Source of the DNA: Octopus sinensis
Lineage: Eukaryota
Direction of reading: 5' to 3'
Assembly: GCF_006345805.1 (NCBI RefSeq)
Contig: NC_043001.1
Location: forward strand, 117,676,001-117,740,000
DNA: 64,000 bases
Part shown: piece by piece, positions 52,037 through 64,000 of the stretch
Layout: each line of letters starts with the position of its first letter
How positions within the stretch are numbered: position 1 is the stretch's first letter
Position numbers and translations under genes: made by a program
The notes under the pieces: generated by a model
Seen by the model: only the letters and a program-made list of their open reading frames with translations
Told to the model about the DNA's origin: nothing
Database searches by the model: none

Positions 52037-53404
52037 TATGTGCGTGTGGACTCGCTACTGAACATGAGATTCAGCTCACACTGCTCCACTCCACCATGAC
52101 CATCATCAAGACAATGTGTTATATGGAAGTTATGAAATTCTAATCTCTTACAATTAAATACTAATTGCCTAACAAAATTCGAGGCATATTTACATAATAT
52201 GTCTGGAAGAAGATGATATTCTTTATATTGTTCTCTTTTGTTTAAGGGAACATGAGATGATTTAGGATATTCTGTGAGAATCGCAGGACCATTTTGTTTT
52301 ACATCGCTCTTAATGTTCAGCTTACTATAAACGGTAAGCTTCGTTGATCTTTGTCATTCTTGGAAGACCATGTTTATATTGCATGGGTTTTAGGGAGCTA
52401 ACATTTTGGCACCCATCATGAATGAAATAAGAAGTGATAAAGTTTCCTTTTTCATTCATTTTCTTTCTTTCAATTGCCTTTCACACAGTCATTGATGGAA
52501 ATGAATTAAAAAACTATTAAGGAAATTATGTAGTAAATACTGTTTTGACATAATGTAAATATGTTTTATAGTTTCTTTGGAAAAAGAAGTCGTTCCATGG
52601 TTTTGGTAAAAAGCTTATAAAAACATTGGCTTAGCCAAAAATTTCAGGTCAACAATTGTTTGTTCATGTAAATCGTATACAAAAAACACTTATCAGAAAC
52701 ATCTTACAATTAAAATCATTAAATCATTTAAAAAGGTATTTCCAAAAAGAAAAGATAAACAAGTATTTCAAAATCGAACCACATGTTATTGTTTCTGTTT
52801 ACATTCGTTTTAATTTTTTTTGTTTTTGTTTTTGTTTTGTTTCCCATCTTAAAAGAAAACAGAATCACATCTGCAGCCATTGACAAAAAGTAAATAATAA
52901 AACTGCAATAAAAGTATTGGTCTTTTCACGTCTAAAATGAATACAAGATATGTTACCACACTAAGAAAAAAAAATACATTTCAAAGACTAATGGTAATAT
53001 TATTTTAGATATTTTACTCTGAAATATTTTATCGAGATTATTATGTCGAAAGAATCACGATTCCTTTACTTCTATGAATTTGTCATCTTATCTCATTTTA
53101 CTGATCTTGGATTACAATAAGTAATGTATTACGTTGATTTTCTTTCTATGCGTTCTCTTAATTTTTTTTTTATTAAATAGCATTATTATTCATAGTAATA
53201 GGCATCTACGGTAAAATACAATAACATACCACTGAACGCATCTCATAAACAAAAGTGAGATCATAGAAACCAAAAATTCATAGTCAACCCGTATTTGCAT
53301 TTAATTTAAAATACCTTTTAAAAATGGATATAGTTGACCTCTCTAAAAGTAAAAAAGAGAAAGGAACAAATTGATAAAAATTCAATTTCATGCGTAAAAA
53401 GTGT

Positions 53405-53439
<35 letters not shown>

Positions 53440-53446
53440 TATATAT

Positions 53447-53493
<47 letters not shown>

Positions 53494-53812
53494 GTATGTA
53501 TGTATATATACATATATATACAAACATACACTACATACATACATACATACATCACTACATACATAATACATACATACATACACACACGCACACATATATG
53601 TGTGTGTGTGTGTTTCTCTGTATCTATATATATGGAAATATTGATATACGTATGAATGTTTATATGGATGTAAATATATATATACATCTGTAAGTATGCA
53701 TATATATATACACGCATATTGAAAGCAGAAATATTGCTAAGGGCTTAAGAGTCCAATGATTTATGTTATATTATGTACTTTATATTTGATATCCATATAA
53801 ATTACACATACT

Positions 53813-53868
<56 letters not shown>

Positions 53869-54424
53869 ATATATATATATATATGGAATATACATATATG
53901 TACATATGTATATATATATATATACATATTCATATATATATGTATGTATATATATCTGTAAGTATTATGTATATGGAGTGTGACATTACATAGTTATATC
54001 ATGTAGACCAATACATTATGCCATCACGTGGCTACGATCTAGCAGGGGACTTAAGGTGCTGTTCGGTGACTCCAATATTTCACTGAATTTAAACAACTCT
54101 AAAATATTGCATACTTCCTATTCGTTCGAATAAATTATTCACATTAATGGAAGTTTGTATGCATACATACATTTATAAATATTCGTGTGTAGTTCTTCAT
54201 GTATATATATACATATATATACACATATACATATATACATAATGTATGTATATGTTTCTGTGTGTGTGTGTGTGTATGTGTGTATGTATGTATGCATGTA
54301 TATATATATATATGGATATATATATATATATATATATATTATACTACAAAATTACACAATATTCAGTATAGAATACAAACTGAGAAATGATTAACAAGAA
54401 AAACGACACATATCAAAATATATG

Positions 54425-54691
<267 letters not shown>

Positions 54692-55524
54692 TCACGTATA
54701 TACAGCACAATGGGGAAACAAACTAACATAGATTCATGACATAATAATGCACGGGTGAGCTATCGAAAACACAAAGTTAAATAAATAGAAAAGTTATAAA
54801 CAAAAAAATTACTTGTCCAAATAAACATTAATATATCACAATTGGAAAATAAATATTCAATTTATGATTGTTATCGTTGTCCTGTCGATTTAATATTTTA
54901 AAAATTATTTATGGTGTTTTTTATTTATTTATTTTTTAACCTTTTCACTTTCCTTCCATTATTATTTTCTGTATTAATCTTCACTTTTCTCAAAACTATA
55001 TACATTTTAGAAGCAGAAGCGTACCTTAGATGTAGAATACGTGTATGGATAAAAATGTATGTGTGTGCACGTGTGTAAACACGTATGTAGTATATGTATG
55101 TATGTATTTATGTACGTATGTACGTATGTATGTATGTATCCGTACATCTAATGATATATATATTGGGAGACGCTTTATTCTGTATACGTAATCAATAGCA
55201 TAATCGATTGAAAATCAAATAGTAATGTGCTTCTATATTGCTATATATATGTGAGGGTATTTAAGTGTACATGTTAAAATCATGACCACATTACTTCTAA
55301 CATGTCTAATAATGGATATTTTAGAATTAAAAAAAAATTGATTAATTTCATTTCTTCACCACACCACTGTCAAAGTTCCCTATTTGATTAGATTAACCTA
55401 ATTGAACTCACGTTTCTTTAGTATTTTAATATATTTTCACTTGTGTTTTTAGTTTGTTGTGTACATATATATTTCAATTAAAACCCCTTGACAAACATCA
55501 TAGTTTTGTATATAATCCAGCAAC

Positions 55525-55550
55525 TATAGTAGTAGTAGTAGTAGTAGTAG

Positions 55551-55584
<34 letters not shown>

Positions 55585-55790
55585 ATCAGTGGTTATGGTT
55601 GCCGGTATTCTTGTTTTTTGCTGCATTTGTCATTGTTGTTATAGGTATTGTTGTTCTGGTGGTAGTTCTGGTGGTGGTAGTGGTGGTGGTGGTGGTGGTG
55701 GTGGTGGTGGTGGTGGTGGTGTGGTGGTGGTGGTGGTGTGGTGATGGTAGTGGTGGTGGTGGTGGTGACGACGGCGGCGGCGGCGGTTTT
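55525..55790. repeat. Compound (GTA)/(GTT)/(GGT)/(GGC) trinucleotide array
   Basis: Directly visible. Confidence 0.95.
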
Positions 55791-57142
55791 TTAAGAAGAC
55801 TTTATGAAATGTAAATAAATAAGATTTAGAAAAACTGGTAGCTGAAGAGAGGGAGTGATTCTAAGGAAAATGCATCGAACAAATGGAATTGGGGACTGCA
55901 TCGTTTCATCGTGTTATTCGATTTTAAAATACAGAAAGAGCCAAATATGAACTATATTTATCCCTACAGGCGCAATAATTCCTTGAACCACCACTGAATA
56001 AAATAAATCTATAAAATTGTTACAATCGTTTGTTCAAAATTTACTTTCTAACCAACTAAATCTAATTCAAAGATGTGAAAAAGATATTAATGTACATTCT
56101 AATATTGAACTTCTAAATCAACAGAATATTGAGAAATTTTCTTATTAGGTATAAAGGGTGAACGTTCTATTTTTGTTTATAATTTCTAGTGTGACTTTTT
56201 TACAAATAATTACGAAGTTTAAACCATTTTCATTTGTGTAATTTGATTTTTTTGTTTTTGATTTGTATTCAAAATCTAAAGTGTGTGATAAAAAAATGGA
56301 ATATAACATTGAAAGAGTAAAAGTCATTAGCAACATCATAGTTACCATCATCAATATCATATCGAAATATCATTACAGTTGTCATAAATATTATCACCAT
56401 TATAATCATTATCATCATCATTTTTATTATCATAGTTAACTCATTGATCATCGTTTATTCGGAACTACAAAAAAATCGATTCCGGATAATAAACTACGAA
56501 CTTGGTACTATAGAGATCACTCCCTAAATAACAATCATATACATACACACACATATATATATATATAATAAGGCCATGGAATGTAGTTACAAAATTAAAT
56601 CAAACATCTGCTCTGTTGTTTGTTTTGCTGTTGTTTGTAATTCAATTATTATCATTATCAATAATAATTACTTTCCAAAAAGGTTTTGTGAAAAATGGCA
56701 CTGAAGAATGGATACGTAGTTTCACTTCAATAATGAAAAAGATAATACGTACTGGACTGAATGGGCTATTTTTGCAATTACTTTTGTGGGTTTCTTCTTT
56801 TCAAAATTCATTACAAAATACTGATTAAAAAAGGAGATTATCCCATGTTAGGACATCGGTAGGACGTTAAAGTTGTTATATAAAAAGGCTACGTTTATTG
56901 AATAACAATTGTGAAATTTGTGGTGGGGACATTGTTATTGTAAAAAGAGAAAAAAATATGATAAAAGATTACAGGATTTCTAACATTTGGGTTGAATGCA
57001 CTGTTTAACACATACACATACACACATGCATGTATAAGTGTATATACACACGCATGCACACACATACATATACATGTATGTATGAGGATGTGTCTTGTGT
57101 GTATGTAAGTATATGTATACAAGGAACATACAATTTATTGCT

Positions 57143-57179
<37 letters not shown>

Positions 57180-58737
57180 TAACTACACGCTAAGGTGACA
57201 CTTGGTGAATGAAAACCAAATAAATAAAAAAGTATTCTAAGACATAATAAGAGGTAACGTTTCTAAACTTTTTTTTTTCAGTCGCATTTCTTTTTGCTCA
57301 TACTAAGATTGATGGACGATTTGCACTAGCTGGCAATCGTTTAGTTTTCTTAAGGGTATTCCTAATGTTATTTTTAATGATATAATAATTGCTTATGTTT
57401 TTCCTTCCATAAATGTCACTTAATTCATATTGTATGAATGGAAATATATCTGTATAGAGATGATCCGGATAAAATTAATGTATTTTAAAACCCTTATGTA
57501 ATAAGGTATTTGTCTTTTGGCGCTTTTTATTATTGTATATAACTATGTTCGTGAAATGTAATATTGAAAAAATTTAGTTTTATAATTTTATTTAAGTGAG
57601 TTACAAGTTTACCAAGGACATTGATTCCTGATACAGGAATATTGCCATGATTAAAAAGGTTGATTGCAATATTCTAATTTAGCAATATTATTTGCAGTTG
57701 ATATATTTTTATTGTAATATTAAAATATTAAGACTAATAAGATATACTAATCTATTTTTAAATAATTAAATGTTGAAAAACTTATACAAAGAAAGTAAAT
57801 TCCCCAAGAAACTTAACACCAAGTGAAAAAAATGACCTAAGAAGTGTCCACATCCTGAGAAAGACATCTCTCTCCATAAATTAGGAGAATTAAATTGTGC
57901 AGTGTTAGTTGTACAATTAACATGTACATACGATAGGTTTTGTTATCTAATGATTAGACCCATATAATGCATGGATCGACATACCCCTATGATCCTGCAG
58001 GAAAAAAACTTGCAAATAACAAATATTTTTTTTTCTTTTTGTATGAGAAGTCATTGCATATCTTGAGTGCTTACTAGACCTATTTGCTTGATATTTGTAC
58101 TAAAAATGGAGTTTTTTTTTCTTTCATTTTCTTCTTTTTTTAAAAAAAATGGTCTATCAAATCTGTAGCAAAAACAGACCAAGTTAAGTTCAGTCCATAT
58201 GTATAAGTTGATTTTAAAATGTTTAAAGAAACTAAGAATAGGAACCGATCAATATATGAGCCTTCCATTATTATAAATGTATGTCCTTATAAAAATAAAA
58301 CGGAAGACTTTGAGTGAATATAGGAAAAAATTATGGTTTCTCTTTCTTTCTTTCTCTCGCGCTCTCACACGCGGCGCGCACGCGCTTGCACACACACACA
58401 CACATTCACTTTCTTTCTCTTTTCTCTTTTCCATTTCTTCTCTTGCACGCCCAAACACTTTCAAACGTGTTCATGAGATCTTTCATAAGTTAAAACTTGG
58501 CAAGTTGAAAAGGGTAGAATTAGAAACGCTACCCGCATCGAAACTTTATCAAACAACACAGCAGTGTAATTATAATATTTTGCTTCTCCAAACTGCATTA
58601 GTTTTTCTTTTACTTCTTTTTCTTCTGTTATCTTTCCTTCTAGTTTATTTTTCTCTTTCTTCTTCTTGGCTTCAAAGCAGATTATAGTTCGAAGAAAATT
58701 AGCAGCAGAGACGCAAAATATATATATAGGTATATAT

Positions 58738-58810
<73 letters not shown>

Positions 58811-58830
58811 ATATATATATATATATATAC

Positions 58831-58907
<77 letters not shown>

Positions 58908-58993
58908 GATATACATATATATTGGAGACAGCAGTTGAGTTAGTTTTGTATTTTCATTCTTATTCTTTTCGCTTGTTCGATTAAAAAAGAATT

Positions 58994-59004
58994 TTTATTT
59001 TATT
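58994..59004 (-). promoter_or_regulatory. Candidate overlapping AATAAA polyadenylation signals for scratch
   Basis: Plus-strand TTTATT at 58994-58999 and 58999-59004, about 370 nt past the stop; the hexamer is common in AT-rich DNA. Confidence 0.3.
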
Positions 59005-59370
59005 TTACCTGAAATGAAGAGAAATATAATTCTTTGGTTCGTTATTGCTGCTTCGAATTTGTATTTTATATCATTTTTGTTTTTCTTTTCCTTTGAATGA
59101 AAATATTTTACTGTGTATGTGTGTAGATGCGCATGTTTGTGTGATACGCGCACACGCGTATGTGTGCACGTGCGCTTTTGTTATCGTTTGGAAATTTTCA
59201 GAATATATTGTAGTATTAATCTCCATCCAAATTACATATAATAATGCCAGAAAAAAAAATGTCAATAACTTTCAATTGTTGTTATTGTGAAAGTGTTTTT
59301 GCTGTTTCATATCTTGTTAATTTGAAGCACTTCATATATATATATATTTCGTTCATTTCCATTTTTTAAT

Positions 59371-60116
59371 TCATTCCTTTAAACAAGCTGATTCGTAGTG
59401 TTTGTTCAGATAAGATTTCAGTGCAAACGACTTGTCACATCTTTTGCACTTGAAATGCTTAAATGCAGAATGTGTTTGCATATGAGCGCGAAGATTAGAC
59501 CTGTCAGCGAAAGCTTTGCCACAATGAGCACATCCAAACGGTTTCTCGCCGGTATGCGAGCGCATATGTCCTTGCAAGAGCCATGGTCGGCTGAACGCTT
59601 TGCTACAGACATCGCACTGGTGTTTCAGGTCATGAGTAAGTATATGCATTGACAGAGCGGGCATGCTCACATAAACTTTTTGACAATGCGGACACTTTTT
59701 CGCCAGTTTACTGTCCAGGCTACGATGAGTCTGCTTGTGGCGCGATAGATTCGAGGAAGTAGCGTAGTTTTTACCACATTCATTACAGGTATATCGTTGC
59801 CGACTAACTTTTTCAGGGATACCTAATGCGTTCCGCCGACGAGAACGACCATCACTGATAAAGAAAGCGTCATAGGTATAACCAATAGTCAAAGCTGTTG
59901 GACTGCAGCTAGAATCTCGAAGATCATCCACGCTGTCAGCTGTCATGGGGCTGTCTTCTTCGGGTTCAGGCTCTCCATATGAATCAGTTCCAAAGGATTT
60001 TTCAGATTCCAAGCCGTTCTGTAAGCCATTTTGCAAGCTGTTTTGTAAGGTGTTCTGCAAGCTGTTCTGTAAGCCGTTTTGCAATAGGGAAGTAGAGAGG
60101 ACATCGTGTATATAGC
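59371..60116 (-). CDS. scrt: Scratch (Snail superfamily) C2H2 zinc-finger transcription factor, terminal coding exon
   Basis: Scratch box YTYDAFFISDGRSRRR; five fingers CNECGKNYATSSNLSRHKQTH, CPHCQKVYVSMPALSMHILTH, CDVCSKAFSRPWLLQGHMRSH, CAHCGKAFADRSNLRAHMQTH, CKRCDKSFALKSYLNKHYESAC; TGA at 59373-59371. The listed ORF's upstream part (60117-60378) is intronic microsatellite. Confidence 0.96.
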
Positions 60117-60140
60117 CTGTAAGTATAAAAAAAAGAGACA
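60117..60140 (-). promoter_or_regulatory. 3' splice acceptor of the scratch intron (phase 1)
   Basis: Minus strand GTCTCTTTTTTTTATACTTACAG|GCTAT: polypyrimidine tract plus AG at 60118-60117; position within G|Y resembles vertebrate SCRT1/2 as recalled. Confidence 0.85.
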
Positions 60141-60184
60141 GTTTAATGAAATAACGCATAAAGGAATAAAAGAATATAGGCAGA

Positions 60185-60185
60185 A

Positions 60186-60220
<35 letters not shown>

Positions 60221-60228
60221 TAGATAGC

Positions 60229-60280
<52 letters not shown>

Positions 60281-60288
60281 TAGATAGC

Positions 60289-60322
<34 letters not shown>

Positions 60323-60370
60323 TATAGATAGCTAGATAGACAGACAAACAGACAGACAGATAGATAGATA
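60185..60370. repeat. (GACA)/(GATA) compound microsatellite with 60-bp period
   Basis: Lines 60181 and 60241 are nearly identical. Confidence 0.9.
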
Positions 60371-61435
60371 TACGTCAAAAAAATTGTGCCTGCGTATGTA
60401 TGTGCATGTCACGATAAGTGTGTCACTGCCTAATTTGTAGCCTGGTTATAATTGTAAATCTACAAGCTCAAGCATGGCTGTATTGTTAAAAATTCCGCTT
60501 CGCAACTATGTGTTTTCGGGTTCTCTCCCACAACTCAGCACATTTAACGAGTGTCATCTCGATCAAATAAAGTTTTGTGAGTAAAATTTGGTATAGCAAA
60601 AGTGGAAACCCACCAAAAGGACCGTTCCTCTTTCTTTACAGTAGAATTAACCCTTTACCTGGTTTAACACCATCTCATCCTTCAATTCCTTTAGCGAAAT
60701 TCGTTGCGTTGCGAGTATTCGAGTAAAATACCCGGTCTAAGAGTAAAAGGTCAAAGAACCTGAACTTCCTCTTTTGACTAAACCATTAAAATAAAAGATG
60801 CACCGGTTTAATTCTTCATTCTGATTATGAGTGTATATATATTGTTATATCATTGTATTTGATTAACTTCCACAGTCACATATCATTCGCTACAAACACC
60901 AGCATTGACTGAGGTTAGTAAAACTTTTCATTCTGCATCTCTTTTAGCATATTCCAAATTTTATTGATTCCTATATCCTTGTTTTATTAAAAATAAATGT
61001 GTGTTTCATTCCCATTCATAGATATCAAACAAGAAATTTCGGTGACTTATAAAGATTTCAATAGAGAGTGTATTAAATCTTATAGTGAGCATATTACCAT
61101 CAATCTACACGAGTAGTACTGTATATCGACCACACTCTATCACCATCTCAATATTGCAATAACTACTTTAGTTTTATATTATTCCTTGCGTGTGTCTAAC
61201 TTCATAAACACTTGTTAACTTTATCGTCCAGATAAAATTTACCTACTCCTATCGTTAGCAACCAAAACAGTACTTTCCAGCTGGATCGAATACTAGATTT
61301 ATAACTAGAAAATATACCAACCCCTTGATAATACTGAAAGTCACATATAATGAATCGACATTTCCTATTGAAATATTGCTTCACATTCACGACACGTATA
61401 TTTCATTTAAAATAAATTATATGAATTAATATACC

Positions 61436-61663
61436 TATTTCTTTATTACCCACAAGGGGCTAAACATAGAGGGGACAAACAAGGACAGACATAGGTATTA
61501 AGTCAATTACATCGACCCCAGTACGTAACTGGTACTTAATTTATCGACCCCGAAAGGATGAAAGGCAAAGTCGACCTCGGCGGAATTTGAACTCACAACG
61601 TAACGCAGACAAAATACCGCTAAGCATTTCGCCCGGCGTGCTAACGTTTCTGCCAGCTCGCCA
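61436..61663 (-). mobile_element. SINE family B with 17-bp TSD in the scratch intron
   Basis: TSD ATATGAATTAATATACC at 61419-61435 and 61664-61680; body near-identical to 4100-4313 but with a different tail. Confidence 0.93.
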
Positions 61664-62415
61664 ATATGAATTAATATACCCTCACGCTAACCACAGTAAG
61701 TGTCATATGAAATCGGAAAATATATAATAAAAAAGTTCAGTTATATGGCAAATCCCCAAAGAAATATTTGGAACGTATGAAATGTAAATGCTTAATAATT
61801 AACTGAAATATTTAGTGTAAAATACACTCAATAAATATGGAAGAGAATGTGAAAATAAATATATAAATAACTAAATTGTCATTGCAACGTTTGTAAAATT
61901 AGAATAAGCGCAAAGCAATTGCTGAATGGATAATCCTGTTTAATTACAAGGCAAGCACTTCCATTGCAAACTCCGTAGCATCTCAAACGCTGGCACCTTG
62001 CCACGCAGCATCACAACATGGTAATATATCATTAAGACTGCCTCCCGGAGCATTAACAGAATATTGTGTATAGCCAATATTGACAGCAGCGTTTTTACAC
62101 TGCACGAATGCGTTACTGCACAAACACTTCGATATTTGGCACATTATCCCGTCTACCCGTTTCAAGCTGAAGCCACCATATTGTCCTTTTTTGCATCAGT
62201 TATAGCCTATCTTTTGAAAGTTTGTTTTATATTTACAACAATTGTGTTAGATATTGGTACAAGCGTTCGTGTTTGAACTTAGGTGATTTTCATTGATGAA
62301 GGATCATCAAAGTGAAGATATTCACTTTGTTTTACTGTGAAACCCAGAAGCAATCATATGATTCAGTTAAGGTAAAAATTGACCAATTCAATGATTGCTA
62401 CGTGTGCATGTGTGT

Positions 62416-62456
<41 letters not shown>

Positions 62457-63039
62457 TGCATGCCTGTGTGTGTGTCTGTGTACCTGTGTGTGGTGCGTGT
62501 GTGTGTAATTTGAGTTTATCACTTTAAAGCTAGTTTAAGAATAACAAAGGGATATTTACTGACATGGTTACTCAATATTATGAATAAAGTTAAATTTATA
62601 ATATACATATTGATAGAGTTGTATGTATTTACCCATGAAACATATCCCATGATAATATATATCAACTGAAAGCGATATCGATTACACAGGCCAACGAAAC
62701 AATTTTTCGTGTTCTCTATTGTCAAAAAATTTGGACCTAACCTAGGGGTTTTAGAATCTGAAAATGACTAGATTTTAAGACACTAGATCCATATTTCATT
62801 GCTTTTTGTTTTTTGTTTGTTTGTTTTTTGTTGTTTTTTTTTGTTTTTTTGTTGTTTTTTTGTTTTTTGTCAAGAAACAGCTTATGAAGAACAAAGCATA
62901 ACGGATAAACATACATTCTATTCAAAACCAGAATGTTTTCTTAAAATTCTACTGAAAAACTAGTAAAATCCTTAAAATTTTTACAGAAAAATTACATCAG
63001 TTTATGCTCAATTTCCCATGAATTTGTATTTGAATGATT

Positions 63040-64000
63040 TTCTTGAGTGCTGCACTTCAGTCAGGTCATGATCCAAGTTCTAACAATAATCCGCCAGCAG
63101 AAGCAAGTCTCATCTACCTTGATACTTTTGTTCTATTGATTTTATGTTCTGATGGAGATGTTTTCCTTGTTTGTCACTGAGAGTTTCAGGAAATAACGAC
63201 GGAGATAGTGCAGCTTTATGTTCATATTTGCTACCCAACTTTTGAAAGTTCTCCAGCATGTTGTCAACTATTTCGGCATAGTTGGCTGCTTTCTTATTAC
63301 CCAGAAAGTCATTTACAAACTATTCATGCATTCCATGCTGCTACTTCAATGCAATTCATTGAATTTTAAAAGTTCCCATCTTCTAATTTTCTTATTTGAG
63401 ACCCATCAAATACTCCAGTTTTTATCTTTTCGCTGTTCAGACCGGGAAATATGTTGCAGATATAGTGAAAGTATGGTCCAACTTTATTCAGAGCATTAAC
63501 AAACTGCTTCATAATGCTGAGTTTGATATGGAATAGAGGTATGATGATTTTTCCCAGTTGAACTAAAGGCTCTTCAACCATGTAAAATCACCCTGAAACT
63601 AATATTTCCAGCGGCCATTCTTTGATCACCCAATGTCTTTCCTTGACTCTGCTGTCCCACATACATAAAAAGCATAGATATTTCGTGTATCCACTTTGTT
63701 GCTCCAGGAAAAAATTTTAAACTCCATGCCTATTACTCACTGATGATAGCGGGGTTTGGATATCTTGAAATCTAGACGTAATGGCAAAACAAAAAATGCA
63801 TGTCATTTTTAGATTCAGCATAAAAACCTTAAAACCAGGTAAAAATGTCCTAACAACAAAACACCTGTTCGGTTGGGTTATTTTAGTAATCAGCTATCCC
63901 TTGCTTTCAAAAGTAAACCAAGATTAAAATACCCATCCATATTAGAAATTTATTAGTAATTGTGAAAAAAGTTTTAAACCAGCTCGAAGAAAAATACAAC
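63040..64000 (-). mobile_element. Decayed DNA transposon, Chapaev3 (CMC)-like transposase remnant
   Basis: LEQQSGYTKYLCFLCMWDSR, PLFHIKLSIMKQFVNAL, KIKTGVFDGSQIRKL, FPETLSDKQGKHLHQNIKSIEQKYQGRW; family name from recall; runs off the window. Confidence 0.65.

Noticed and set aside
56795-56825. QNSLQNT peptide echoing the Scratch repeat
   Set aside because: Short AT-rich coincidence on the opposite strand with no further similarity.
60117-60378. N-terminal extension of the 335-aa ORF (MTYIYLSVCL...)
   Set aside because: Translated (TCTG)/(TCTA) microsatellite upstream of a clear splice acceptor; intronic.

Overview
AT-rich, microsatellite-dense eukaryotic DNA; the SINE types and repeat style suggest an octopus or other coleoid cephalopod (inference). 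One host gene is visible: the large last coding exon of a Snail-superfamily Scratch C2H2 transcription factor (minus strand, 59371-60116); its SNAG-encoding first exon is not in the window. The rest is mostly transposon debris: two mariners with TIRs and TA TSDs, two Penelope-like elements with GIY-YIG remnants, R4/Dong-like, RTE, HERO-like and Tx1/L1-like LINE remnants, a Chapaev3-like transposase remnant, several tRNA-SINE families and many simple repeats. The most striking signal is a cluster of minimal type I hammerhead-ribozyme motifs between about 4.7 and 17.6 kb. They come from about five different Penelope-type repeat families and include variant cores (U3-A8 covariation; CUGUUGA) with palindromic stem III. 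All ribozyme calls come from pairing by eye and are untested; family names are from recalled motifs, not database searches. Most 60-250 aa ORFs in the track are microsatellite artefacts.
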